A stretch of 60,522 nt of DNA, filler included. It is 9 parts of 9 records of this genome, joined end to end, with 100 filler letters (N's around TTAATTAATTAA, not from the genome) between each part and the next. Parts side by side here need not be neighbours in the genome. Positions count along the whole stretch, not along the records: positions 1 to 6,221 come from SRR31156797_21068; positions 6,322 to 12,482 come from SRR31156797_21075; 7 more parts are not named here. One strand, written 5' to 3'. Positions 1 through 9,099 of the stretch are shown one piece after another; positions within the stretch are counted from its first letter, which is position 1; the number at the start of each line of letters is the position of its first letter. Position numbers and translations under genes: made by a program. Below the pieces are notes generated by a model. The model saw nothing but the letters and a program-made list of their open reading frames with translations. It was not told the origin of the DNA and did no database searches.

Positions 1-744
1 GATGCTGAGGGAGCTGTCCTTCAGGGCCTCCTTCGCCCGGTCGATCCGCAGGGTGTTGAGGTACTCTGTGAAGGTTTTCCCCGTCTCCTTTTTGAAGAGC
101 TCCGAGAACTGCCTCTGGGAGAGGTTGCTCAGCTCCGCTGCGGAGGGAAGGCTGAGATTGAGGAAGAAGTTCTGCCGCATATGGTCCAGTACCCGCTCGA
201 TCCTGGGATCCCGGGAGCGCCCGTCCCTGTTCCGCCCCTCCCCTCTTATAATAAGGACCAGCAGGCGTATCAGGAGACCCAGGACCTGGGAGTCCCTTCC
301 CCCGCTCCTGTCCCGCATCTCCTTCAGAATCTCCCGGAAGAGGGGCTTCAGCTGGCGGGTGTAGAGGGGATCGTTCAGGATAAGGGGCTCTCCACCCTTG
401 AGGGCCTTCAACACCAGATGATGGTCGGGCATCCTCTTCAGGTAGGCCTCGTCAAAGATGATGATCAGCTGCTCCAGCGGCGTGCCCGGTTTGTCCTGGG
501 TTCTGTGGGGGATGCGTCCGTCCCGGAGGATGACGTAGTCCCTGTGCATATCGTGTTTCCGGTTTTCATCCCCCCTCAGCTCCTGGCAGATACCGCTGCC
601 GTCCACCACAAAGGTCAGCTCATAGAAGTCGTGGCGATGGAAATCCATGGTGTAGTTGCCCTTGTGGCGGGAATCCAGGATATAAAGGAAATCCTCCGAT
701 TCTATCTCCATGCTGTCTATTCTGGGGCCGTCCGCGTCACTCAT
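1..744 (-). CDS. AraC-family transcriptional regulator (3' truncated at window start)
   Basis: Not in ORF track; translated by hand: MSDADGPRIDSMEIESEDFLYILDSRHKGNYTMDFHRHDFYELTFVVDGSG (cupin) ... AAELSNLSQRQFSELFKKETGKTFTEYLNTLRIDRAKEALKDSSLSI (AraC HTH). Its ATG overlaps the upstream TGA (ATGA, 741-744). Confidence 0.9.
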   Translation of the reverse strand, partial: MSDADGPRIDSMEIESEDFLYILDSRHKGNYTMDFHRHDFYELTFVVDGSGICQELRGDENRKHDMHRDYVILRDGRIPHRTQDKPGTPLEQLIIIFDEAYLKRMPDHHLVLKALKGGEPLILNDPLYTRQLKPLFREILKEMRDRSGGRDSQVLGLLIRLLVLIIRGEGRNRDGRSRDPRIERVLDHMRQNFFLNLSLPSAAELSNLSQRQFSELFKKETGKTFTEYLNTLRIDRAKEALKDSSLSI

Positions 745-1610
745 CCTCTCAAGCTCCTGTAGATCCCTCTGTACTCCTGGGGAGCCAGGCCTTCCCGGTT
801 TCTGAAGCTGCGGCTGAAATGGGAGGGCGTGCCGAAACCGCATGACTCCGCTATGGCTCCCACGGTCTCTTCCGTGTTGAGGAGCATCTCCTTCCCCCTG
901 TTCAGGCGGAAACTGAGGAGGTAGTCATAGGCGCTCTGGCCGCAGTGCCTTTTGAACAGCCTTGTGAAGTGGTACTTGCTGACAGCCGCCTCCCTGGCCA
1001 GGTCCTCCAGGCTGAGTTCTTCAAAGTAATGTTCCTCTATGTACATCAATGCCCTCCGGACAAACTCAGGATTGTCCCCGCCTTCCTTCGGGGAAAGCCG
1101 GGCCGCCAGCATCAGGTCTGTCAGTATCTCATGGATCAGACCGGAACAGAGTATGGGCAGTCCGGTCTCACGCCGCTTCAGAGCCAGGATGATCCGTCTC
1201 ATGTTCCCCAGGACTCTGTCATCATCGCCGCAGCGGAAAAGGGGGCCCTTCTCCCGGAGAAGGGCGCGGGTATAATCCCTGGACTGGAGCCCGTTGAAGT
1301 GGAGAAAGCAGAAGACCATGGGATCATCGGGATCGCTGTAGAGTTCATGATACTCCCGGCAGTCTATCAGGAATCCCCTTCCTTTCTCCATCTTGTACTC
1401 CCCTTTGTCCAGCACAAGCCTTCCCCTTCCTTTGAGGAGAACCAGAAGGAGCATGCTGTCCAAGGTATCCCTTTTGAGGAAATAGTCCTCCTTCGTATGG
1501 ATGATGCCGCAGGTCTGGATATGGAAAAAGCGGGCGCGTATCTCCGGAGCGGTGGTGTAGGGGATCTTGAAGGAGCGGGAGTGTTTGGAGATATGAAGCT
1601 GGGAGCGCAT
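741..1610 (-). CDS. AraC-family transcriptional regulator
   Basis: N-terminal cupin-like domain; C-terminal LSLEDLAREAAVSKYHFTRLFK...IAESCGFGTPSHFSRSFR AraC signature. Confidence 0.93.
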   Translation of the reverse strand: MRSQLHISKHSRSFKIPYTTAPEIRARFFHIQTCGIIHTKEDYFLKRDTLDSMLLLVLLKGRGRLVLDKGEYKMEKGRGFLIDCREYHELYSDPDDPMVFCFLHFNGLQSRDYTRALLREKGPLFRCGDDDRVLGNMRRIILALKRRETGLPILCSGLIHEILTDLMLAARLSPKEGGDNPEFVRRALMYIEEHYFEELSLEDLAREAAVSKYHFTRLFKRHCGQSAYDYLLSFRLNRGKEMLLNTEETVGAIAESCGFGTPSHFSRSFRNREGLAPQEYRGIYRSLRG

Positions 1611-1642
1611 GCCTCATTATAGGGGATAATCAGATAAAAGAG

Positions 1643-1672
1643 TGCACAAATCTTATCTTGTATGGTAGTGTG
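1643..1672 (+). promoter_or_regulatory. Putative sigma70 promoter (TGCACA-17-TAGTGT, extended -10) containing the 16-bp motif CTTGTATGGTAGTGTG
   Basis: Spacing counted from sequence; same 16-mer recurs at 2870-2885; RBS AGGAGG follows. Confidence 0.5.
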
Positions 1673-1692
1673 GTATGTAAAGGAGGCTGCTT

Positions 1693-2832
1693 GTGAGCAA
1701 AGAGTTTGATTATACCAAGGCCGATTCCCAGGGGACTTTAGTTTCTCCCATGGCCGCGTCCGATTTCGATGTTGAGGCCTATGCCGACTATCAGGCCGGC
1801 AGGGAGGAGGGCTGCGCGGCCTTTATGAACTCTGATGAGGGTGTCATGGTCTACCGTCGTTTTCGGGTTCCCGAGGTTTTCTCCTGGGGCTGCCGGGATA
1901 TGAGGATGTCTCTGGAGTGGCAGCTGGCCGCCCTGACCGAGAGCATGAAGTACCCGGCGGATATCCCCAACTTCCTGGAACCCTGGTACGGCATCGGAGT
2001 GGTCTCCAGCGCATACGGGATCGGGTACGAATGGAAAGAGGGGCAGTCCCCCTCGGTGGTCTCTCCTTATAAAACGGCCCGGGAGGCACTGGAAGGCTTA
2101 AAAGGGCCCGTTCACGAGAGTCCCGTGGGGCGGCAGGTAATGGATATGATCTCCTATTTCCTCGATCAGACCGGAGGGAAGGTCAACATCAGCCTGAGCG
2201 ACATCCAGTCGCCTCTGAACATCGCCTCCTCCTACCTCCTGGAGCCCTCCGCCTTTATGTTTGAGATCTTCGATCATCCCGATGACCTGAAAGCCCTGCT
2301 GGATCAGATGACCGAACTGGAGAAAGAGTTTCTGCAGAAGCAGATCGATCTGATAGGCGATGCCCTGGTAAAGCCGGGCCACGGCTTCGCTTCGGCCCGC
2401 AGCTTTCGGGGGCTGGGATTCAGCGACGACAATTTCCTTATGATCAGCAACGACAACTACGGCGAGTTCGCCTTGCCCTGGCTCTGTCGGGCGGCGGAGG
2501 TCCTCGAAGGCCCCGTCTTCCACTCTTGCGGCGACTGGTCGGGCAGGGCGGATTATGTGTCATCCATTCCCGGGCTGATAATGGCGGACGGCGCCGTGGG
2601 GGCTCAGACCGATCCCTCTCCCAATGATCCCGGGCTGCTGGCGGATGCCTTCGCGTCCTCGGGAGCCGTTCTCCATGTCCGGATCGTGGGTGATGACGAG
2701 ACGGTTCTCGAGAACTGTAAAGAACTGATCCGGCCCGGATTAAAGCTGATTGTGACAAGCTACTGCGAGACTCCCGAAGAGCAGGAACGAGCCTATGCGG
2801 GCATTCACGACAGGGCCCGAAAGGGCTCATAA
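1693..2832 (+). CDS. Uroporphyrinogen decarboxylase / cobamide methyltransferase (MtaA/CmuA)-fold protein
   Basis: DIQSPLNIA, SDD and FHSCG (H-x-C) motifs typical of this TIM-barrel family; GTG start with AGGAGG RBS. Confidence 0.7.
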   Translation: MSKEFDYTKADSQGTLVSPMAASDFDVEAYADYQAGREEGCAAFMNSDEGVMVYRRFRVPEVFSWGCRDMRMSLEWQLAALTESMKYPADIPNFLEPWYGIGVVSSAYGIGYEWKEGQSPSVVSPYKTAREALEGLKGPVHESPVGRQVMDMISYFLDQTGGKVNISLSDIQSPLNIASSYLLEPSAFMFEIFDHPDDLKALLDQMTELEKEFLQKQIDLIGDALVKPGHGFASARSFRGLGFSDDNFLMISNDNYGEFALPWLCRAAEVLEGPVFHSCGDWSGRADYVSSIPGLIMADGAVGAQTDPSPNDPGLLADAFASSGAVLHVRIVGDDETVLENCKELIRPGLKLIVTSYCETPEEQERAYAGIHDRARKGS

Positions 2833-2855
2833 AGTACGGAAATTGCCAAAAAAAC

Positions 2856-2897
2856 TTGCCATATGCATACTTGTATGGTAGTGTGTCTGTATACCAA
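2856..2897 (+). promoter_or_regulatory. Putative sigma70 promoter (TTGCCA-17-TAGTGT) plus GntR/FadR-like half-palindrome TGTATACCAA
   Basis: -35 at 2856-2861, -10 at 2879-2884; TCTGTATACCAA at 2886-2897 resembles the UxuR/ExuR-type TTGGTATACCAA site. Confidence 0.55.
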
Positions 2898-2913
2898 GCC
2901 AAAGGAGCTTATT

Positions 2914-3915
2914 GTGAAAAAATCTCTTTTTATCGTGATTTCTCTGACTCTCCTTCTCACCGGCAACCTGTTCGCAGGTGGTCAGCAGGAAGCCGCAGAC
3001 GGCGGAGAAGCCAAAGCAAAACCCGCGAAAGTGTTTATCGCCGGTACCAGCGGTAAGGAAGACACCCAGTCCATGGGTCACTTCGACTACGCTGAAAGAC
3101 TGAATGGAACCGGCATGTTCGCCGCGGAAGTAAAGATCAACGCCGTCATGGGCGAGACCGACGACGTAACCGAGCAGGCTATCCAGGGAGTTCCCGTTGT
3201 CAACGCCACCGACCCCGGTCGCCTGGCCGCCTTCGTTCCCGAGTTCGGCCTGATCCAGATGCCCTATCTCCTGCCCGACTACACCTACCTGAACAAGGTA
3301 CGCGACACCAACCTGTACAAGAAGTGGGACAAGGAATTCCAGGACATGGGACTGAAGCTGGTAACCGTTAACGGATACTCCGGCGTGAGAAGCTGGGTAA
3401 CCGACTTCCCCGTAACCAAGCCCGCCGACCTGAAGGGCGTTAAGATCAGAACCATCGGTTCCGACCTCTTTGTAAACTCCGTAAACGCCATGGGCGCTAT
3501 CGCCACCGCTCTCCCCTGGGCGGAAACCTATCAGGGAATGGAGCAGGGCGTCGTAGACGGCTGCGAAGCCCAGATCCCCGGCATCTACTCCATGAGATTC
3601 TATGAAGTAAAGAGCCACGTCAGCCTTTCCGAGCACTTCACCCTGATCGCTTCCATGGTTACGGGTACCAAGTTTTTCAACTCCCTGTCTCCCGAGCAGC
3701 AGACCGCCCTGCTGGACATCGCCTATGATACCTACAAGGACAACCAGGAGATCGTCGTTACCAAGTCCGATGAGTACGTCAAGGAGATGGAAGCCAAGGG
3801 CGTAACCTTTGTCGAGATCGACAAGACTCCCTTTGTTGAGGCCGTACAGCCCGTATACAAGGACATGGGATTCTCCGAGCTGAAGGACGAGCTCTACGCT
3901 GAACTGGGACTTTAA
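2914..3915 (+). CDS. dctP: TRAP transporter substrate-binding protein (DctP family)
   Basis: Spirochaete-style signal peptide (LFAGGQQE), DLKGVKIR and LPWAETYQGMEQGVVDG motifs; GTG at 2914 with GGAG RBS. Confidence 0.9.
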   Translation: MKKSLFIVISLTLLLTGNLFAGGQQEAADGGEAKAKPAKVFIAGTSGKEDTQSMGHFDYAERLNGTGMFAAEVKINAVMGETDDVTEQAIQGVPVVNATDPGRLAAFVPEFGLIQMPYLLPDYTYLNKVRDTNLYKKWDKEFQDMGLKLVTVNGYSGVRSWVTDFPVTKPADLKGVKIRTIGSDLFVNSVNAMGAIATALPWAETYQGMEQGVVDGCEAQIPGIYSMRFYEVKSHVSLSEHFTLIASMVTGTKFFNSLSPEQQTALLDIAYDTYKDNQEIVVTKSDEYVKEMEAKGVTFVEIDKTPFVEAVQPVYKDMGFSELKDELYAELGL

Positions 3916-3948
3916 TTTCCCCGATTATCGTTCATAATTTAAAAGTAA

Positions 3949-3998
3949 GAGGGCCGGCGGATCTGTTCGGATTGTTTTTCGACGCTGCCGGCCTTTTT
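3949..3998 (+). terminator. Hairpin (GGCCGGCGG / CTGCCGGCC) plus T-run between dctP and dctQ
   Basis: Inverted repeat followed by TTTTT; likely attenuator or mRNA stabiliser. Confidence 0.5.
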
Positions 3999-4022
3999 AT
4001 AAATCATGGACAAGAGGATATT

Positions 4023-4577
4023 ATGAAAAAAATTTACGAAACCTACTGCAAGCTGGAAGAGATTCTTGTAGGGACGGTGTTTGTCAGCATTGTTGTTCTG
4101 ATTTTCTCAGCCGCCTTCTTCCGGCAGTTTAACAAGCCCATCGTATGGGCAGATGATATCGCTAAATTCCTGTTCTCCTGGGCCGCGTTCCTGGGGGCCG
4201 ATGTGGCCATGCGCTACTCCCGCCTCGTGGGAGTGGACATGCTGGTCAAGAAACTGCCCCGCAAACTGGCCAAGATCATTCAGATAGCCGTTTTCGGCAT
4301 CATCATCGCTTTGCTCGCCGCCTTTGTCGTTTACGGTACCAGGCTGAGCATCGAGAGCAAGGACCGGAGCTTTCAGACCCTGTCCTGGCTGAGCTATTCC
4401 ATTGTAACGGCTTCCCTGCCTGTTTCATCCCTGCTGATGATCATGACGGCAAGCCTCAAGATTACGAAAATCATCCGGAACTTCAGGGACGACTCCTATG
4501 AGGTCCTTCGCGATATTCCCGGGTCCGAAAGCGACACGCCCAGAGAACAGACTCAGGTCTGCTGTAAGGAGGCATAA
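4023..4577 (+). CDS. dctQ: TRAP transporter small permease
   Basis: Four hydrophobic helices, WADDIAKFLFSWAAFLGA motif, located between dctP and dctM; GAGG RBS. Confidence 0.9.
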   Translation: MKKIYETYCKLEEILVGTVFVSIVVLIFSAAFFRQFNKPIVWADDIAKFLFSWAAFLGADVAMRYSRLVGVDMLVKKLPRKLAKIIQIAVFGIIIALLAAFVVYGTRLSIESKDRSFQTLSWLSYSIVTASLPVSSLLMIMTASLKITKIIRNFRDDSYEVLRDIPGSESDTPREQTQVCCKEA

Positions 4578-4579
4578 CA

Positions 4580-5863
4580 ATGGTACTGTTAGTCATTACG
4601 TTTTTTCTTCTCCTCGCCGTTAATATGCCCATCGGATTTACCATAGGAATCTCGGGGGCCGTATTCTTTCTGACAAGCGGTATGATCCCCTTTTCCATTA
4701 CGGTTCAGAGGGTCGTTGCCCAGACCCAGTCCATCGCCTTCCTGGCGGTTCCCTTCTTTATCTTCGCGGGGAACCTGATGAACCGGACGGGGATCACCCC
4801 CCGGCTGCTCCGCTTCTCGTCCCTGCTGACCCGGCGCATGGCCGGAGGCATGGCCCAGGTGAACGTCGTTCTCTCCACCATGATGGGAGGCGTCTCCGGT
4901 TCCGCTGTGGCCGACGCCTCCATGCAGGCCCGTATTCTGGGACACAATATGGTGAAGAAGGGCTATCCCCGGGGCTATACCGCGGGAATCACCTGTCTTT
5001 CTTCCCTGATCACCGCGACCATCCCCCCCAGCCTGGGACTGATCCTTTACGGATTCGTCGGAGAGGTTTCCATCGGCAGGCTCTTCGTCGCGGGAATCAT
5101 CCCCGGCTTCATGATGATGACCTTCCTCATGGGGACCGTCGCCGTCACCTCAAAGAAGCATCAGTACGACATGCCCGACAAGGATGTGGAAAAGATCACC
5201 ATGAAAGAGCTTATGGTGGATCTGAAGGACTCCATATGGGCCCTCCTCTTTCCCGTCATCCTGATCGTGGGAATCCGTTTCGGACTGTTCACTCCCTCCG
5301 AGGCGGGAGCCTTCGCCGTCGTCTACGCCCTGATCATCGGCAAGTTCGTCTATAAGGAGCTGACCTGGGAGAGCTTCAAGGCCGCTCTGAAGGACTCGTT
5401 TATCGACAACGGCGCCATCATCCTGATCATCGCCCTGTCCGGAATCTTCGGCTACGCCCTCTCTCTGGAGAACGTCCCGGGAAAGATAGGCTCCCTGCTG
5501 ATCGGGATCACCTCGAACCCCCAACTGATGCTGATCATAATCGTACTGTTCCTGGCCTTCGCCGGAATGTTCATCGACAGCAATGTCAGCGTACTGCTGC
5601 TGACCCCGATATTCCTGCCCGTCGTCAAGGATATGGGGATCGATCCCGTGCACTTCGGAATCCTGATGATGACCATCGTCACCATGGGCTGTATGACCCC
5701 TCCCGTGGGAACGGCCCTCTATACGGTCTGTCAGATTCTGGATGCGCCCCTTGAAGAGTTTATTAAGGAAACCATGCCCTTTTACATCGCGGTCGTTCTG
5801 CTCGTTATCGTGCTGATCTTCATCCCCGATGTGGTCATGTTCCTGCCCAATTTAATCTATTAG
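4580..5863 (+). CDS. dctM: TRAP transporter large permease
   Basis: LAVPFFIFAGNLM, GGVSGSAVAD, IPPS, TPSEAG, GIDPVHFG and TPPVG motifs. Confidence 0.95.
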   Translation: MVLLVITFFLLLAVNMPIGFTIGISGAVFFLTSGMIPFSITVQRVVAQTQSIAFLAVPFFIFAGNLMNRTGITPRLLRFSSLLTRRMAGGMAQVNVVLSTMMGGVSGSAVADASMQARILGHNMVKKGYPRGYTAGITCLSSLITATIPPSLGLILYGFVGEVSIGRLFVAGIIPGFMMMTFLMGTVAVTSKKHQYDMPDKDVEKITMKELMVDLKDSIWALLFPVILIVGIRFGLFTPSEAGAFAVVYALIIGKFVYKELTWESFKAALKDSFIDNGAIILIIALSGIFGYALSLENVPGKIGSLLIGITSNPQLMLIIIVLFLAFAGMFIDSNVSVLLLTPIFLPVVKDMGIDPVHFGILMMTIVTMGCMTPPVGTALYTVCQILDAPLEEFIKETMPFYIAVVLLVIVLIFIPDVVMFLPNLIY

Positions 5864-5885
5864 TATTTTAAGGAAGAATGAAACA

Positions 5886-6221
5886 ATGAAAATGAGTCTC
5901 AGATGGTACGGAAAGGACCATGACAGCGTAACGCTGGAACAGATTCGCCAGATCCCCGGGGTGGGAGGCGTCATCCCCACTCTGTATACGAAGCAGCCCG
6001 GCGAAAACTGGCTGCCCGAAGAGATCGCCGCCCTGAAGAAGGATGTGGAAGACGGCGGGCTCGAGATCTACGGAATCGAGAGCGTCAATGTCTCCGATGC
6101 CATCAAGGTCGGCGGCCCCGAACGGGATGAGCACATCGAGAACTATATCAGCACCCTGAAGAACCTGTCCGACGCGGGCATCCATATGGTGTGCTACAAC
6201 TTTATGCCCGTTTTCGACTGG
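5886..6221 (+). CDS. uxuA: Mannonate dehydratase (partial, contig end)
   Basis: MKMSLRWYG...IRQIPGV...IESVNV...CYNFMPVFDW UxuA signature. Confidence 0.93.
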
Positions 6222-6321
6222 NNNNNNNNNNNNNNNNNNNNNNNNNNNNNNNNNNNNNNNNNNNNTTAATTAATTAANNNNNNNNNNNNNNNNNNNNNNN
6301 NNNNNNNNNNNNNNNNNNNNN
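6222..6321. other. Artificial contig linker
   Basis: N-run / TTAATTAATTAA (stops in six frames) / N-run. Confidence 0.99.
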
Positions 6322-6525
6322 AAGCTTGTCCTGCTTGAAGTCAAAGACGTAGTGCAGCGCCAGGGTCATCTCGACGGCTCCGAGATTGCTGGCCAGATGC
6401 CCGCCTGTCTTGCTGATTGAGTGCAGCATGAACTGGCGGATCTCCTCCGCCAGCGGCTCCAACTGCGAAACCGGCAGTTTCTTCAAGTCGGCCGGGCTGC
6501 TGATCTGCTCCAACAAACTGCTCAT
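6322..6525 (-). CDS. dxs: 1-deoxy-D-xylulose-5-phosphate synthase (N-terminus only)
   Basis: LLEQISSPADLKKL...LAEEIRQF...TGGHLASNLGAVEMTLALHYVFDF. Confidence 0.93.
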
Positions 6526-6790
6526 AGGTGAAAGAATCCCCAATGCAAATTTCGGTCCCCATATTCTAATCGAAAGCCAACGCGCATGGAGCGAAATCGC
6601 GATTTTAGCGGCAAAAAAACGGTAACCAATTCTCCGGAAACGACTTAAATACCTCAGCCGGAGGCACTCCGTTGCCTCACAGGGAATAGCGGAGGTGAGC
6701 CGCACGAAGTCGTGCAGACGCTCTCATGACAACCGCCCGATGCTTGCCGAGACGGGTTGTCGTCACCTGTCCAAATGGAGATGAGCCTGG

Positions 6791-7057
6791 TCAGTCAAAA
6801 TGATAGCCACAGGTCTCGGGCGTAATAAGCTCCGATTCAGTGCGTGGATATTTGCGGCAGTTCAAGGGACGAATCCGGTAGATGGAGCAGTAGATCTTGC
6901 CATCTCCGGTGGTCTTGATGAACTTGCAGACATTGGGCAGCTTGCAACAGGCACCACAGTTGACGCACTGCCCCTTGCGCTTCCTGGACACGGGCAACAC
7001 GGAGGTAAACGTCCGCTTGATCTTGGCTGCCCAGGTGTTTCTATTCTCATCGGCCAT
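6791..7057 (-). CDS. YkgJ-like CxxCxxCC cysteine-cluster (Zn/Fe-S) protein
   Basis: CVNCGACC...CKF...CSIYRIRPLNCRKYP...CGY. Confidence 0.8.
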   Translation of the reverse strand: MADENRNTWAAKIKRTFTSVLPVSRKRKGQCVNCGACCKLPNVCKFIKTTGDGKIYCSIYRIRPLNCRKYPRTESELITPETCGYHFD

Positions 7058-7097
7058 AAAGGTCGCTCCGGTCGTTTCACTTCTGTTACGGAGCCTT

Positions 7098-7126
7098 CTT
7101 ATACGGGTTCAGTTGATTCCGGTCAA
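7098..7126 (-). promoter_or_regulatory. Putative sigma70 promoter TTGACC-17-TATAAG for the YkgJ-like gene
   Basis: Near-consensus hexamers, 17-nt spacer, about 40 nt upstream of the ATG. Confidence 0.6.
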
Positions 7127-7240
7127 TGGCCAAGCTCCCGCCTCCGAGGCTCCAACTTGTGAGATGACTCTGTGATGTGTTCCTGAAACTCGAGGGCCCG
7201 GGCGTCGCGCAGGACAGGGCGCCCCGCGGATGAAGGGCCG

Positions 7241-8713
7241 CTAGTCGCGGGCAATCGTGTCTTCGAGATGAGAAACGATCGTCTGGGCGTGGGCTACCTT
7301 GTTGCCATGCGGGCCTTTCCAGTGGACCTCTTCGTTGCGTTCGAGCAGCCCCTCGATCTTCTTGCAGGCAACGAGCACGGTCGCATGGTTCTTGTTGCCC
7401 ATCGCCCGGCCGACCTCCGACGAAGACATGTTGGTGTGCTTGCGAGTCAGGTACATGCTGAAGTGTCGAGCCAGTGCGACGGTTCGGTCCTTCTTGGCCG
7501 AATGGATCGTGCTGGGCGTGGTGCCGAAGTAGCCGGCCACGGTGGCTTCAATGTCGGAGACGTGCACGATCGGGTCGCAACGTTCGATGTGTTCGGCCAG
7601 AACGGTCTGCGCGGCCGGGAGCGTGATCTTTTCGTTCTGCAGCGTCGCAAAGGCCACCAGCTTCAGCAAGGCCCCTTCGAGTTCTCGGACGTTGGTGCGT
7701 ACCCGCTCGGCCACGAATCGGATGACATTCTCAGACATCTGCCCGGCCTGCGGGCTCTTGCCCTCACCCAAGGCCGTGGCCATCATGCGATGAGCGAATT
7801 GCCGACATATCTCGCAACGCGTATGAAAGTCCGGCGGCTCGATCTTGACCACCATCCCCGAGACGAAACGGTTGACCAACTTCTCTGACAACTGTCCGAT
7901 CATCTTGGGATGGGCATCCGAGACCAGGATCACCTGCTTGCCGGCCAGGCTGATCGTGTTGAACGTGTGCAGAAACTCTTCCTGGGTGGAAGGCTTGTTG
8001 GCGAGAAAGTGAATGTCATCGATGGCCAACAAATCCGTTTGCCTCATGCGATGCCGAAACGTCTCCAGCTTCTTCGTCTTCAACGCCATGACGAACTGAT
8101 TGGCAAAATCTTCCGCGGAGAGATAGAGTCTGTTGGTTTGGGGTCTCAATTGGGCAATACCGTTGCAGATGCCCTGGAGCAGATGCGTCTTGCCAACACC
8201 ATATCCACCATGAATGAACAGCGGATTGAAGGGACTCTCCTGTTCGCGGACAACGGCCTTGGCCGCACTATGGGCCAATTCGTTCGAGGGCCCCACCACA
8301 AATGTATCCAGCGTGAGTCTGAGACGATTGACGGGCGGCTTCATAGCCGACGCCCCGCGGCGCGCCGAGCGCTTCTGCTGTCCAGCTTCGGGCTGGGCCG
8401 GTGCCTTCACGGCGCTGCGCCGACGGCCCCCGGTGAGGCCGGAATCCACGGCAAAGGAAACTTTCGGATGCGCGCCGGTAGCCGTATGCGCCGCCGCTTT
8501 GATGTCGCGCAGGAAATGGCTCTCCAGCCAGTTGGCCATGAAGGGGTTGGGGACGCCGATCTTGAGGTACCCGTCGGCCAAGGTGAATCGAGCGCAGCTC
8601 TGGAACCAGATCTTGAACTTCTGCGATCCGATCCGTTCTGCCAGCGCTTCGGCGACCGCCTCAGCGCCGGATCCTACCGTGCGGGAACCCTCATCCGTGA
8701 TTGTGCCCTGCAT
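7241..8713 (-). CDS. dnaA: Chromosomal replication initiator DnaA
   Basis: FVVGPSNELA, FNPLFIHGGYGVGKTHLL (Walker A), IDDIHFL, QEEFLHTFN, NVRELEGAL and domain IV. Start chosen at the ATG 6 nt after GGGAG. Confidence 0.93.
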   Translation of the reverse strand: MQGTITDEGSRTVGSGAEAVAEALAERIGSQKFKIWFQSCARFTLADGYLKIGVPNPFMANWLESHFLRDIKAAAHTATGAHPKVSFAVDSGLTGGRRRSAVKAPAQPEAGQQKRSARRGASAMKPPVNRLRLTLDTFVVGPSNELAHSAAKAVVREQESPFNPLFIHGGYGVGKTHLLQGICNGIAQLRPQTNRLYLSAEDFANQFVMALKTKKLETFRHRMRQTDLLAIDDIHFLANKPSTQEEFLHTFNTISLAGKQVILVSDAHPKMIGQLSEKLVNRFVSGMVVKIEPPDFHTRCEICRQFAHRMMATALGEGKSPQAGQMSENVIRFVAERVRTNVRELEGALLKLVAFATLQNEKITLPAAQTVLAEHIERCDPIVHVSDIEATVAGYFGTTPSTIHSAKKDRTVALARHFSMYLTRKHTNMSSSEVGRAMGNKNHATVLVACKKIEGLLERNEEVHWKGPHGNKVAHAQTIVSHLEDTIARD

Positions 8714-8789
8714 CGACATCTCCCTAACAGTACTGAAAACAACGCGGTTATCGCACCGCGCCGCCCAGTTCCACGAGTCATTCAATCCG

Positions 8790-8990
8790 TTAACACAAGC
8801 GAAACAAAAACCAAATACTTATGCTGCTATTATTTAGGAGAACGGCGGCAAATCAATGGGTTTCCGGCTCATTTCTTTTCCACGTGGCCAAGCGACTTGA
8901 AGACACTGGCTTTGCGCTCCAAAAAAAAATGTTGTCAACACGTTTTACACGACGCAAACTCTGATTGTGGATAACCTGTGTATTCCATCC
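8790..8990. promoter_or_regulatory. DnaA-box cluster with AT-rich tract (candidate oriC or dnaA autoregulatory region)
   Basis: Perfect TGTGGATAA at 8966-8974; two-mismatch TTTTCCACG (8876-8884) and TTGTCAACA (8932-8940); AT-rich about 8790-8836 in a GC-rich contig. Confidence 0.55.
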
Positions 8991-9099
8991 CCGGCGCGTT
9001 CGTAGAACGACCGAAAAAGCGCGACGTGGGAGTGCTGACAAGTGGCTTTCTTCCTCAGGGCGGAGAATCATGATGCCGCGTGCGCCGCGTGTGATCTAA

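Noticed and set aside
2-762. Plus-strand ORFs 2..364 and 181..762
   Set aside because: Shadows of the minus-strand AraC gene, which has clear motifs.
7268-8974. Long plus-strand ORFs opposite dnaA (and 11348..12538 opposite pth/rplY)
   Set aside because: Antisense shadows expected at high GC; no recognisable motifs.
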